Assembly (NCBI GenBank): GCA_021107535.1
Contig: JAIOSQ010000016.1
Span: forward strand, 1-52,247
Source: Bacteroidales bacterium
Lineage (GTDB): Bacteria; Bacteroidota; Bacteroidia; Bacteroidales; B18-G4
Direction of reading: 5' to 3'
DNA: 52,247 nt
The position numbers and the translations under genes were made by a program. How positions within the stretch are numbered: position 1 is the first letter of the stretch; every line of letters begins with the position of its first letter. The notes below the pieces were generated by a model. The model was not told the origin of the DNA, did no database searches, and saw only the letters and a list, made by a program, of their open reading frames with translations. Below are positions 10,681 to 19,477 of the stretch, piece after piece.

Positions 10681-11559
10681 ATGTCCAACCTTAAGGAAGT
10701 AAGAACAAGGATAGAATCTGTAAAATCAACACAGCAGATCACCAGTGCGATGAAACTCGTTGCTGCCTCCAAGCTCAGAAAGGCTCAGCGTGCCATCCTG
10801 CAGCTACGTCCTTATGCACAGAAATTGCAGGAGTTCCTGCAGGGGATGAGTACAGACCTCGACCAGACTGATGAAGCCGTGTATGCAAAAGAAAGAGAAG
10901 TAAAAAAGGTTCTGATCGTGCTTGTAACTTCAAACCGTGGTCTATGTGGGGCATTTAACGCCAATGTTGTAAAACTGGCTAATAATCTCATTCATACCAC
11001 TTACAAGGATGCATATGAACGCGAAGATCTGTCGCTGTACTGTATCGGTAAAAAGGGCGCAGAATATTTTAGCAAACATCAATACCCTGTCATAAAAGAA
11101 AATCTTGTTCTGTTCGATGATCTTAACTATGAAAATGCACTCCCCATCGCTGAAGAGTTGATGCAAAACTTCGCCGAAAAGAAATACGATCGCATTGATA
11201 TCATTTACAACCAGTTTAAGAATGCAGCAGTACAGGTCCTTTTGACAGAACAGTTCCTTCCCATACTCCCTCCGGAAGATGATGGTTCTGGTTTGCAGGT
11301 CGATTATATTTTCGAACCCAATAAGGAACAGATCATTGAAGAGCTTATACCCAAAAGCCTGAAAATCCAATTTTTCAAAGTGGTACTGGATTCCTTTGCT
11401 TCGGAACATGGTGCCCGTATGACTGCCATGCATATGGCTACCGACAATGCCAGTGAGCTTTTGAAAGAGCTTAAGCTTTCCTACAACAAAGCACGGCAGG
11501 CCTCTATCACAAATGATATCCTTGAGATTGTAAGCGGGGCAGAAGCTCTTAAGAATTGA
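10681..11559 (+). CDS. atpG: F0F1 ATP synthase subunit gamma
   Basis: N-terminus LKEVRTRIESVKSTQQITSAMKLVAASKLRKAQ and C-terminus ARQASITNDILEIVSGAEAL. No atpD/atpC follows. Confidence 0.93.
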   Translation: MSNLKEVRTRIESVKSTQQITSAMKLVAASKLRKAQRAILQLRPYAQKLQEFLQGMSTDLDQTDEAVYAKEREVKKVLIVLVTSNRGLCGAFNANVVKLANNLIHTTYKDAYEREDLSLYCIGKKGAEYFSKHQYPVIKENLVLFDDLNYENALPIAEELMQNFAEKKYDRIDIIYNQFKNAAVQVLLTEQFLPILPPEDDGSGLQVDYIFEPNKEQIIEELIPKSLKIQFFKVVLDSFASEHGARMTAMHMATDNASELLKELKLSYNKARQASITNDILEIVSGAEALKN

Positions 11560-11632
11560 GAACAAGGATTAAGAATAGAGAACAAGGAATAAGAATAAGA
11601 ATATAGAAGTGGAACTTTGAATTCTTAAATCA

Positions 11633-11715
11633 CGTACCCCGTATCTCGTACCCCGTACCCCGTACCCCGTACCTCGCACCCCGCACCACGCACCACGCAC
11701 CACGCACCACGCACC
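11633..11715 (-). repeat. C-rich (+ strand) degenerate 7-8 nt tandem repeat; G-rich with G4-type motif on the minus strand
   Basis: cgtaccccgtatctcgtaccccgtaccccgtaccccgtacctcgcaccccgcaccacgcaccacgcaccacgcaccacgcacc. Its reverse complement resembles the 6238-6316 tract (both contain ggggtgcgag). Confidence 0.75.
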
Positions 11716-11774
11716 TATTCGACTAAACGAATCAACATTTTTTCCAGGCATTTGTTACTATTCCAAAGGATCAT

Positions 11775-11782
11775 TACCTTTG
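11775..11782 (+). promoter_or_regulatory. -7 promoter box TACCTTTG
   Basis: Exact TAnnTTTG match, 36 nt upstream of the ferritin ATG. Confidence 0.5.
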
Positions 11783-11817
11783 TAAAACCATATTATTAAA
11801 CCTGAAACTTTATTGCT

Positions 11818-12330
11818 ATGTTACCAGAAAGACTCGAAAAGGCTATTATCGACCAGATCAAAGCCGAAGAGGAATCATCCAGATTATATTTATCCATGGC
11901 CTCATGGTGCGAGGTGAACGGCTTTGCCGGTGCAGCCCAATTCCTTTTTGAACATGCCACAGAGGAACGCATGCATGCATTGAAACTCCTCAGCTATGTC
12001 AATGACAGGGGCGGACATGCCAACTTGCTTGCCCTCGAAGAACCCCGTGCAGAATTTGATTCTCTGCATCAGGTTTTTGAGCAGGTACTCGAGCATGAGA
12101 TTCTGGTCACCAGTCTCATCAACATGCTGGTTGAAATTGCCATGGAAGAAAAAGATTTCACTACACTGAATTTTCTGCAGTGGTTCGTTACCGAGCAGAT
12201 CGAAGAGGAAAGCCTTGCACGCTCTATCATCGACAAGTTCAATCTTGCTGCAGGTGAAAAAGGCGGATTGTTCCATATTGATAAGGAACTTGCAGCAATG
12301 GCAGCCGCTGAAGCAGCATCCCCGGAATAA
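11818..12330 (+). CDS. ftnA: Ferritin (non-heme)
   Basis: Ferroxidase-centre blocks EEESSRLYLSMASW, EERMHALKL and LEHE; about 170 aa. Confidence 0.9.
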   Translation: MLPERLEKAIIDQIKAEEESSRLYLSMASWCEVNGFAGAAQFLFEHATEERMHALKLLSYVNDRGGHANLLALEEPRAEFDSLHQVFEQVLEHEILVTSLINMLVEIAMEEKDFTTLNFLQWFVTEQIEEESLARSIIDKFNLAAGEKGGLFHIDKELAAMAAAEAASPE

Positions 12331-12355
12331 AACGGACATTATGGACAAACACTAA

Positions 12356-14800
12356 TTAGTTTGCAAATCGCAAGCCTGAATGATCAAACACTTTATAAGC
12401 CAGTAATTTCACCCTGTCGGTAATGAGCATCTGCACAATGGCATAACCCCATACAAGCAGGATGTACCAGCCGATGGGAGCAATGATCCAGCCAAAAGCA
12501 CAAATCAGCGAAACCAGGATCTTTGATAAGAGCGTTGACCAGACCAATCCCTTCCCAGGTGCAATAGACCAGAGCGGACCGGATGTCCTGGCAAGGAAGA
12601 TGGTCAGGTTGCCGGCAATGGCCAGCTCTGCAAAGACAAGGGTCTGAACCTGCTCAAATTCCATCTTGAAATAGTGCTTTCCAAGGTAGAACATCCCAAA
12701 TGTAAACAGCACATTGGTAAATCCAAGTACCGAAGCAATGCTGATCACTTTCCGCATGTTCCAGCTTTCCGGTTTCATTGTATAGCGAACCTTATCGTAG
12801 GCAATGGTCATAATGGGAAAGTCGTTGAAGACTGCCAGCATTACGATCATTACAGCCGTGACCGGATATTCATGGAAGAAAAGTATCGCCAGCACAGTAA
12901 AAAACAGCACATCAATGGTTTCCGAGATCCTGTAGATGGCATAACTCTGCATGCGCTGGAAAATTCGCCGGCTCTCCTTGATGGCATCTACTATGACGGA
13001 CAGGCCCGGTTTAGTTAAAACAATGTCGGCGGCAGACTTGGCCGCATCCGTTGCTCCGTCGACGGCAATCCCGGCATCTGCTTTCTTCAGTGCCGGTGCA
13101 TCATTCACTCCATCGCCGGTCATCCCCACAATGTGATTGCTCTCCTGTAACAATTGTACGATCTCATATTTGTGCTCCGGGAAGACCTGGCTAAATCCAT
13201 CGGCCTCTTCAATCATGGTTTTGGCTTTCCTGTCGGGAAGGTCAATAAATTCGCTGGCCGGGATGATGTTCTTACCGATATTCACCTGTTGCGCAATTTC
13301 TATGGCTATGGCAGTGTGGTCACCGGTAATCATTTCTACCTTGACACCCATCGCCTGGGCCTGCCTGATGGTTTCTGCAGAATCTTCCCTCGGCGGATCA
13401 TTTAGCGCAATCAGGCCGACATATTGCCATTTTCCGGCTTCATTTGTTCTGGCCACACCCAGGGTTCTGTATCCATGAGTTCCGGTCTCATTAACGATAT
13501 TCTCAACCTCTTCTTGTCTTGATTCCTTGTCTTCAAGCAGTTCCAGGATCATCTGGGGAGCACCTTTGCTCACCTTAATCTCATTGGATTCCATATTGAT
13601 TAATGCTTCCGTTCTTTTTGATACCGGATCGAAAGGCTTGAAGTCTTTCTGAATAAAAGATGTAATTTTCGTCCATAATCCGGGATCCTTTTCAGCCAGC
13701 TCCAATACAGCATTGTCCAGGGGATCGTTATTCTCGGCTTTGGATGCCATAGCTCCGAACATGAGAATGTCATCCTCACTGTAATTGCCAATGGGATGCA
13801 AGCCTTTCACGCCAAGCTTATTTTGTGTAATAGTGCCTGTTTTATCAGAGCAGAGAATGTTCATGCCTGCCATTTCTTCAACGGCAACCAGTTTTCTGAT
13901 AATGGCTTTCTTCCTTGAAAGTTTGAGTGCCCCCACGGCCATGGTTACACTGAGCACAGCCGGCAGGGCAGCCGGAATAGATGCTACTGTAAGCACCAAA
14001 GCAAATTGTAACAGGTCTATCAGCCTTTCCTGCCGGAATAGTCCGGACAGGATCACGATCAGCACCAATATAAAATTGAGTATGATGAGGTAGTCGCCGA
14101 TGCGGATGACCGCTTTCTGAAAATGGCTCTTTGTTTTTGCCTCAGCTACAAGTTTTGCTGTTTTTCCGAAGAAAGTATTTAAAGCGGTACCATAAACCAC
14201 GGCATTCATCTCACCCTGCCTGGCAATGGATCCGGAAAAAGCTATGTCGCCAGCATATTTTTCAACCGGCAGGGATTCGCCTGTGAGAGCAGACTCGTCA
14301 AGGATAAGATACTCACCATCCAATAACTTTACATCTGCAGGTATAATATCGCCAAGCCGTATGCGGATAATATCGCCCGGCAACAGCTCACGGGCTTCCA
14401 TTTCATGCCACTGGCCTTCCCTCAACACCCTGGACTTACTCGCCAGGCTTTTTTTAAGCATAGCCATGGCATTGTCGGCTTTATAGCTCTGCACAAATTC
14501 AATCAGGGCGTTGATCAGAAGCAAACTTCCAATGATGATCACATCTTTCCAATCCTTGTCGATGATGCTCAAAATAACTGCGGCTTCTATCATCCACGGG
14601 ATAGGCCCCCAGAAATTCTTCAGAAACCTGAGCAGGAGGCTTTCCTTCTTCTCTACGATCTCATTAAATCCAAATTTATCCCTTCGGGTACTGATTTCTT
14701 TCTCAGCCAGCCCTGTTTTGGGATCAACATGTAAATCCTTGAGCAGTTCTCCCACCTCTATGGTTTTGGCCTGCTCGCTTTCGTAGATCATCTCAGCCAT
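12356..14800 (-). CDS. P-type ATPase, plasma-membrane H+-ATPase-like (P3A-type)
   Basis: CSDKTGTITQN phosphorylation site, MITGDH, MTGDGVNDAPALKKAD. The N-terminal region GLAEKEISTRRDKFGFNEIVEKKESLLLRFLKNFWGPIPWMIEAAVILS closely resembles plant/fungal AHA/PMA1 N-termini. Confidence 0.85.
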   Translation of the reverse strand: MAEMIYESEQAKTIEVGELLKDLHVDPKTGLAEKEISTRRDKFGFNEIVEKKESLLLRFLKNFWGPIPWMIEAAVILSIIDKDWKDVIIIGSLLLINALIEFVQSYKADNAMAMLKKSLASKSRVLREGQWHEMEARELLPGDIIRIRLGDIIPADVKLLDGEYLILDESALTGESLPVEKYAGDIAFSGSIARQGEMNAVVYGTALNTFFGKTAKLVAEAKTKSHFQKAVIRIGDYLIILNFILVLIVILSGLFRQERLIDLLQFALVLTVASIPAALPAVLSVTMAVGALKLSRKKAIIRKLVAVEEMAGMNILCSDKTGTITQNKLGVKGLHPIGNYSEDDILMFGAMASKAENNDPLDNAVLELAEKDPGLWTKITSFIQKDFKPFDPVSKRTEALINMESNEIKVSKGAPQMILELLEDKESRQEEVENIVNETGTHGYRTLGVARTNEAGKWQYVGLIALNDPPREDSAETIRQAQAMGVKVEMITGDHTAIAIEIAQQVNIGKNIIPASEFIDLPDRKAKTMIEEADGFSQVFPEHKYEIVQLLQESNHIVGMTGDGVNDAPALKKADAGIAVDGATDAAKSAADIVLTKPGLSVIVDAIKESRRIFQRMQSYAIYRISETIDVLFFTVLAILFFHEYPVTAVMIVMLAVFNDFPIMTIAYDKVRYTMKPESWNMRKVISIASVLGFTNVLFTFGMFYLGKHYFKMEFEQVQTLVFAELAIAGNLTIFLARTSGPLWSIAPGKGLVWSTLLSKILVSLICAFGWIIAPIGWYILLVWGYAIVQMLITDRVKLLAYKVFDHSGLRFAN

Positions 14801-14830
14801 AATAAATATTTTGATTTATTGTTTCCAGTG

Positions 14831-15397
14831 TTAATGCCGTATTTTACTGGTCTCCTCCAATAGTTTATCATACCAGCTTTGCCCGTATTTCCTGATCAGG
14901 GCATCTTTCAGGAATACGTATAGTGGTATACCTTCTTCATTCCCTTTTTCAAGGGCCACATTGCAGATCTGCCAGCGATGATAGTTCACAGCTTCGCTTT
15001 CACCGACTTTCGAGATTCGTACAGGGTAAAGGTGACAGGAGAGCGGTTTCCCGAATGGGATCTTCCCCTTTTCGTATGCCTTTTCTATCGCACACCATGC
15101 AATCTTATCAGTGAAGTTAATAAAGGCACAATCACCACCACGGATCAGGGGTGTAACATATGTACCTTCAATATCATAATCGAAGACACCGCTTTGTTTC
15201 ACCGCTTCAATTCCTTCAGGGATCATATATTCCATGATCTGATCCAGGTAGTCCTCCATCAGGGAGATTTCTTCCTCTTCAAGGGGTGCACCAGCATCAC
15301 CCTCAACACAGCAGGCACCGAGGCATTTCTCCATCGGGCAAACAAAATTTACCAGGTAGAGGTCGTCAGACACCATGATATTGTCGATGATGAGCAT
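14831..15397 (-). CDS. DUF3109-like Cys-rich protein
   Basis: N-terminus MLIIDNIMVSDDLYLVNFVCPMEKCLGACCVEGDAGAPL matches the DUF3109 pattern as I remember it. I chose the start at the ATG at 15397 rather than the ORF-track start at 15454. Confidence 0.7.
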   Translation of the reverse strand: MLIIDNIMVSDDLYLVNFVCPMEKCLGACCVEGDAGAPLEEEEISLMEDYLDQIMEYMIPEGIEAVKQSGVFDYDIEGTYVTPLIRGGDCAFINFTDKIAWCAIEKAYEKGKIPFGKPLSCHLYPVRISKVGESEAVNYHRWQICNVALEKGNEEGIPLYVFLKDALIRKYGQSWYDKLLEETSKIRH

Positions 15398-15467
15398 AGA
15401 TGCAAATATAGTATAAAGTGAGTGACACTGGCTAAGGCTGAAACCCGAATACATGGTGGAATTGATA

Positions 15468-15506
15468 TCGGTTATCGGTAAACGGCTACCGGTTACCGGC
15501 TACCGG
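15468..15506. repeat. Short-period tandem repeat (taccggy units)
   Basis: The intergenic run atcggttatcggtaaacggctaccggttaccggctaccgg. Confidence 0.55.
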
Positions 15507-15655
15507 AGGCGTGAAGATGAGGAATATGACCCTGAGATCCCCCTGAGTCCTTAAAGGGATCAATTGGGCTTTGAATTTTCAATTCACTTTGTTCTTGAAA
15601 ATTTAGTCTTATGGATTTAAAACAATTGATTATTTTTTCCTGACAGGAAAATCTC

Positions 15656-15663
15656 TAATTTTG
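15656..15663 (+). promoter_or_regulatory. -7 promoter box TAATTTTG
   Basis: Exact TAnnTTTG match, 58 nt upstream of the OTC ATG. Confidence 0.5.
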
Positions 15664-15720
15664 CATTGCATTAAGCCCTTGAAATAAAATTTATTACTAA
15701 TAAATAAAAGAACCACTCCG

Positions 15721-16722
15721 ATGGCATTTAACCTCAGAAACAGGAATTTCCTGAAATTGCTCGACTTCACACCAAAAGAGATCCATTTTCTTCTTGAGCT
15801 CTCGATGGATCTTAAAAAGGCCAAATATGCAGGTACTGAACAGCAGCGTTTGAAAGGCAAGAACATTGCCCTGATCTTTGAAAAAGCTTCGACCCGTACG
15901 CGTTGTGCTTTTGAAGTAGCAGCTTTCGACCAGGGGGCACAGGTCACCTATCTTGGGCCCTCAGGAACCCAGATCGGGAAAAAAGAGAGCATGAAAGATA
16001 CCGCCAGGGTGCTGGGTCGTATGTATGATGGCATCGAATACCGTGGTTTCGGACAGGACATCGTTGAAGAACTGGGTAAATATGCAGGTGTACCTGTATG
16101 GAACGGACTCACCAATGAATATCACCCGACGCAGATCCTTGCCGACTTCCTGACCATAATGGAACACAGCGACAAACCCCTCCACCAGGTTTCTTTTTGC
16201 TACCTCGGTGATGCCCGTAACAATATGGGAAACTCATTAATGGTAGGAGCTGCCAAGATGGGCATGGATTTCAGGGCAGCAGCGCCGAAAGAATTTCATC
16301 CTTCAGAAGAGCTGATAAAACAATGTGAAGAAATTGCAAGGGAAACAGGTGCAAAGATTCTGATCACTGAAGATGTCGACAGGGCAGTAAAAGGAGCTGA
16401 TTTCCTTTATACCGATGTCTGGGTATCGATGGGAGAGCCGGATTCGGAATTTGAAAAGAGGATCAGGATGATGATGCCCTACCAGGTCAACAAAGAACTG
16501 ATGCAGAAGACCGGAAACCCAAAAACCAAATTTCTCCACTGTCTGCCTTCTTTTCATAACCGTGAAACCAAAGTTGGCAAAGAGATCTACGAGAAATTTG
16601 GAGTTGAAGCCATGGAAGCCACTGATGATATATTTGAATCAGAAGCATCCATTGTGTTTGATGAAGCCGAAAACCGGCTGCATACGATCAAGGCCGTGAT
16701 GGTGGCAACTTTAGGCAGCTAA
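15721..16722 (+). CDS. argF: Ornithine carbamoyltransferase (ArgF/ArgI type)
   Basis: STRTR, HPTQ, DVWVSMG and HCLP motifs; near full-length collinearity with E. coli ArgI (FLKLLDFTP...[54 protein letters not shown]). Confidence 0.92.
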   Translation: MAFNLRNRNFLKLLDFTPKEIHFLLELSMDLKKAKYAGTEQQRLKGKNIALIFEKASTRTRCAFEVAAFDQGAQVTYLGPSGTQIGKKESMKDTARVLGRMYDGIEYRGFGQDIVEELGKYAGVPVWNGLTNEYHPTQILADFLTIMEHSDKPLHQVSFCYLGDARNNMGNSLMVGAAKMGMDFRAAAPKEFHPSEELIKQCEEIARETGAKILITEDVDRAVKGADFLYTDVWVSMGEPDSEFEKRIRMMMPYQVNKELMQKTGNPKTKFLHCLPSFHNRETKVGKEIYEKFGVEAMEATDDIFESEASIVFDEAENRLHTIKAVMVATLGS

Positions 16723-16745
16723 GAACAGTATTATCCTTTCAAGCG

Positions 16746-16783
16746 AAAGCCCTGTTGGTGCATCTTCACCTTCAGGGTTTTTC
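16746..16783 (+). terminator. Rho-independent terminator candidate after argF
   Basis: aaagccctg (16746-16754) pairs with cagggtttt (16773-16781), with an inner ggtg/cacc extension and a T-run at 16778-16782. Confidence 0.55.
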
Positions 16784-16858
16784 TTATAACAAAAAATGTA
16801 TTATCTTTATTGCGATATGTCTTTAGTCCAATTAATCATTATCTAAAATTTTTTAATC

Positions 16859-17218
16859 ATGACAACTGCAATTTATGTTTACCTATTTATCGTTATTGCT
16901 CTGAGTCTGCTGGTGATTGTTGCAGAGTGGAGGATCTATGAAAAGGCCGGAAAACCCGGATGGGCCTGTATCATTCCCATTTACAATATCCTTGTCTTGC
17001 TGGAAATCGTAGGAAAACCCTGGTGGTGGCTGTTTCTGCTAATGATTCCTTTCCTTAACATTATCATCGGCATCTGGATGGTAAACCTGCTTTCGAAAAG
17101 TTTTGGAAAGGATGTTGGATTCACCGTCGGACTGATATTGCTATCCGTAGTGTTCTATCCTATCCTCGGTTTTGGGGCTTCAAAATATATCGGCCCTGCA
17201 GGAGCACCGCCAGTTTAG
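16859..17218 (+). CDS. Small multi-pass membrane protein (DUF5684-like)
   Basis: 119 aa, 3-4 TM helices, motif WRIYEKAGKPGWACIIPIYN. The family call is from memory. Confidence 0.7.
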   Translation: MTTAIYVYLFIVIALSLLVIVAEWRIYEKAGKPGWACIIPIYNILVLLEIVGKPWWWLFLLMIPFLNIIIGIWMVNLLSKSFGKDVGFTVGLILLSVVFYPILGFGASKYIGPAGAPPV

Positions 17219-17268
17219 GATTTGACAGTTTCTGCCTTTGTGCTCTTGAAGAGCATGCTTAACAGCGT

Positions 17269-17913
17269 TTATTGACTCTGAGGAACAGGGACTACATCAC
17301 TCTTGATGAAGTCTTCGACAATTACATCTGCAAATTGTTCTGCCATTTTATGGATGCTTGAAACATCTACTGTTTTGGTCTGCGCAGACCAGAGCAGTTC
17401 TCCGCTTTCAAAATCAAAGAAGTTGGCTTCGAGGTATACCTGGAATGAACCGGTGTAATAGCCAGGCGAATAGTAATAATTATTGAATCCGCCATAATAA
17501 TCATAAAATGGCACATTGTAATAATAAGGCATATAATATCCCTGTCCCGGAACGTAGCGCCTTGTATCTTCCATGTGCCGCATACTCATGGTAAAGACAG
17601 CATCTATATCTGCTGAAATAAAAATATCTCTGACGATCTCCCTGCTGATGGTACCGATAGCAGCTTTAGGCGGTAAAAGATCAAGGGCTGCAATCACAGG
17701 ATAGCCTTTGCTTTCCAGCCTTGTTTCTACCTGATCTTCGAATATCCGGCGGTTTTCTGAGTTATGGGCAATCCCCAGAATCACAATTTTTTTAAAGCTT
17801 TCAGGCTGGTGCTCAAGCCTGGTCCATGATCCGGTTACCTTGGTTCCTGTACTGCATGCCATCATCAGTGACAGCAATACCAATACGCCTATTCCTTGTT
17901 TATAACTCATCAT
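17269..17913 (-). CDS. Lipoprotein with Tyr/Gly/Pro-rich segment (DUF4136-like)
   Basis: Lipobox LSLMMAC, aromatic low-complexity segment GYYMPYYYNVPFYDYYGGFNNYYYSPGYYTG, and C-terminal ...GELLWSAQTKT. Confidence 0.7.
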   Translation of the reverse strand: MMSYKQGIGVLVLLSLMMACSTGTKVTGSWTRLEHQPESFKKIVILGIAHNSENRRIFEDQVETRLESKGYPVIAALDLLPPKAAIGTISREIVRDIFISADIDAVFTMSMRHMEDTRRYVPGQGYYMPYYYNVPFYDYYGGFNNYYYSPGYYTGSFQVYLEANFFDFESGELLWSAQTKTVDVSSIHKMAEQFADVIVEDFIKSDVVPVPQSQ

Positions 17914-17952
17914 AATTATGCTCTAATAAATAAATGGTATTAGCAAATGAAA

Positions 17953-18561
17953 TTAAAAGCCAAAGATCATCCCGAGGCCAATGGTGAGGTAATTCAGATT
18001 TTCGAGATCATTTCCGTAGTTGAATACAGTATTGTATTTGGCATTTACGATGAAACCTACTCCGGAATTGGGCACCTCAATAAGTGCACCAATCTCGGGC
18101 CGTAGGCCAAAGTCCCAGCTTTCATCTTTCCAGTAAAGCAATCCAATTTGCACGATCTGTTCTGTATAATATGCGCCAATGCCTATCCTGGCATAAGGAG
18201 AAATGAAGAAATCCGACTGATAGGCATAACCGCCTTCAACAAGGAAATAATAGCTGTAAAGGTCCCTGAAATGAATCGCAGTAATTGTGTTATTATTGTA
18301 CTCAACGGTTATTCTGTCGGTCTTTTTAAAGAATGCACCGTAGCCGACAGCACCGCCAAGCATTACGTTGGTTTCGAAGTGGTAATTCCCTCCGAATTCA
18401 AGCCCGCGGATGCTGGTTTCGTCAATATAATCTTTAAAATCACTGGTGGGTATACTAATGTTCCACTGCAGTTCCCAATGTGTTTCTAACTGTGCTGCAG
18501 CCGGTTTTGTAATTACTACTGCAAGCATGACTAATATAGTTATGAGAATATATTTTTTCAT
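17953..18561 (-). CDS. Small outer-membrane beta-barrel protein
   Basis: Signal peptide ending AAAQ, alternating hydrophobic beta-strand pattern, C-terminal aromatic residue (..MIFGF). Confidence 0.7.
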   Translation of the reverse strand: MKKYILITILVMLAVVITKPAAAQLETHWELQWNISIPTSDFKDYIDETSIRGLEFGGNYHFETNVMLGGAVGYGAFFKKTDRITVEYNNNTITAIHFRDLYSYYFLVEGGYAYQSDFFISPYARIGIGAYYTEQIVQIGLLYWKDESWDFGLRPEIGALIEVPNSGVGFIVNAKYNTVFNYGNDLENLNYLTIGLGMIFGF

Positions 18562-18592
18562 GATCTGATTTTTTACTGATTGTAAAATATAA

Positions 18593-19237
18593 TTAATTTG
18601 TAAGCAGGTAAGGAGATTGCTCGAAGGCCTGATCGATCTGGTCGATCAAGCGCTTGTCGATCAATCCGTCATTATTGCTCAATACTCCTCCGATCATGGC
18701 TGCCCAGAGGGCATCGATCAGCTTATTGCTCTGATCAATATTTTTAAGGTCAGCAAGGTCAATGATAAGCGCACCTTCTTCATATGAACCCATGTAGGTA
18801 CCCCAGGGATAATAGTAAGAATATCCAGGGTATCCCCAGTACCCGGGATAATAATACCACCAGCTATAGGAATACACATAGGTTGTGCGTGTGATAATGG
18901 AAACCCCCATTCCGAGATCCGGATTGTCGGATGAATCAACTTTCACAAAATTTCTCGCCTGCATATTTGAATTGATCTTGTCCAGGATGGTTTGATAATA
19001 CTCCTGCATATAGGCAATTTCTTCCGCAGTTGCATTACTGTCCATCAAGATAGAATCCGGTATGTAATAGGTTTTATACTGTGTAAAGTCAGCAGTCTCT
19101 TTGTACTGTGTCCACACCATGTCCAGATCGCTTGTATTCACTGTGTAAGTAGGATACTTACTGCAGGAAGCGATCATCAGTCCCATAAATGCTATCAGCA
19201 TTACTGGGAAGAGAAATCTCTTGATTGATTTTTTCAT
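18593..19237 (-). CDS. DUF4136-like lipoprotein with Tyr/Trp/Gly/Pro-rich segment
   Basis: Start chosen at MKKSIKRFLFPVMLIAFMGLMIASC (lipobox). Contains FTQYKTYYIP, YSYSWWYYYPGYWGYPGYSYYYPWGTY and EEGALIIDLADLK, as in DUF4136 proteins. Confidence 0.7.
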   Translation of the reverse strand: MKKSIKRFLFPVMLIAFMGLMIASCSKYPTYTVNTSDLDMVWTQYKETADFTQYKTYYIPDSILMDSNATAEEIAYMQEYYQTILDKINSNMQARNFVKVDSSDNPDLGMGVSIITRTTYVYSYSWWYYYPGYWGYPGYSYYYPWGTYMGSYEEGALIIDLADLKNIDQSNKLIDALWAAMIGGVLSNNDGLIDKRLIDQIDQAFEQSPYLLTN

Positions 19238-19477
19238 ATTCGCTAAATAAAGGTTTAAACTAATTTCCATATACAGAACAACACAGGCTTATATTTGTTC
19301 AGGCGTTATTCGTATTGCAAATATATAAATCAAACCTTCTGACCGCAAGAAAAAATGTAATTATAATGATCCGGGATGCAAATGCATGATGCACACAAAC
19401 TTGAGTGCTCCGTTCAGCTACTCCAACAGGAAGATTCCTCCTACTCACTACGTCCCTCAGTCTTTCTGTCACTTAGT

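Noticed and set aside
10942-11565. Long antisense ORFs inside well-supported genes (for example 10942-11565 opposite atpG, 6791-7489 opposite atpB, 37744-38286 and 38473-38967 opposite the DUF438 gene, 20709-21245, 2333-3022)
   Set aside because: Each is fully embedded antisense to a gene with strong family motifs. Their translations are Cys/Phe/Leu-rich or low-complexity with no recognisable domain, which is typical shadow-ORF behaviour in AT-rich DNA.
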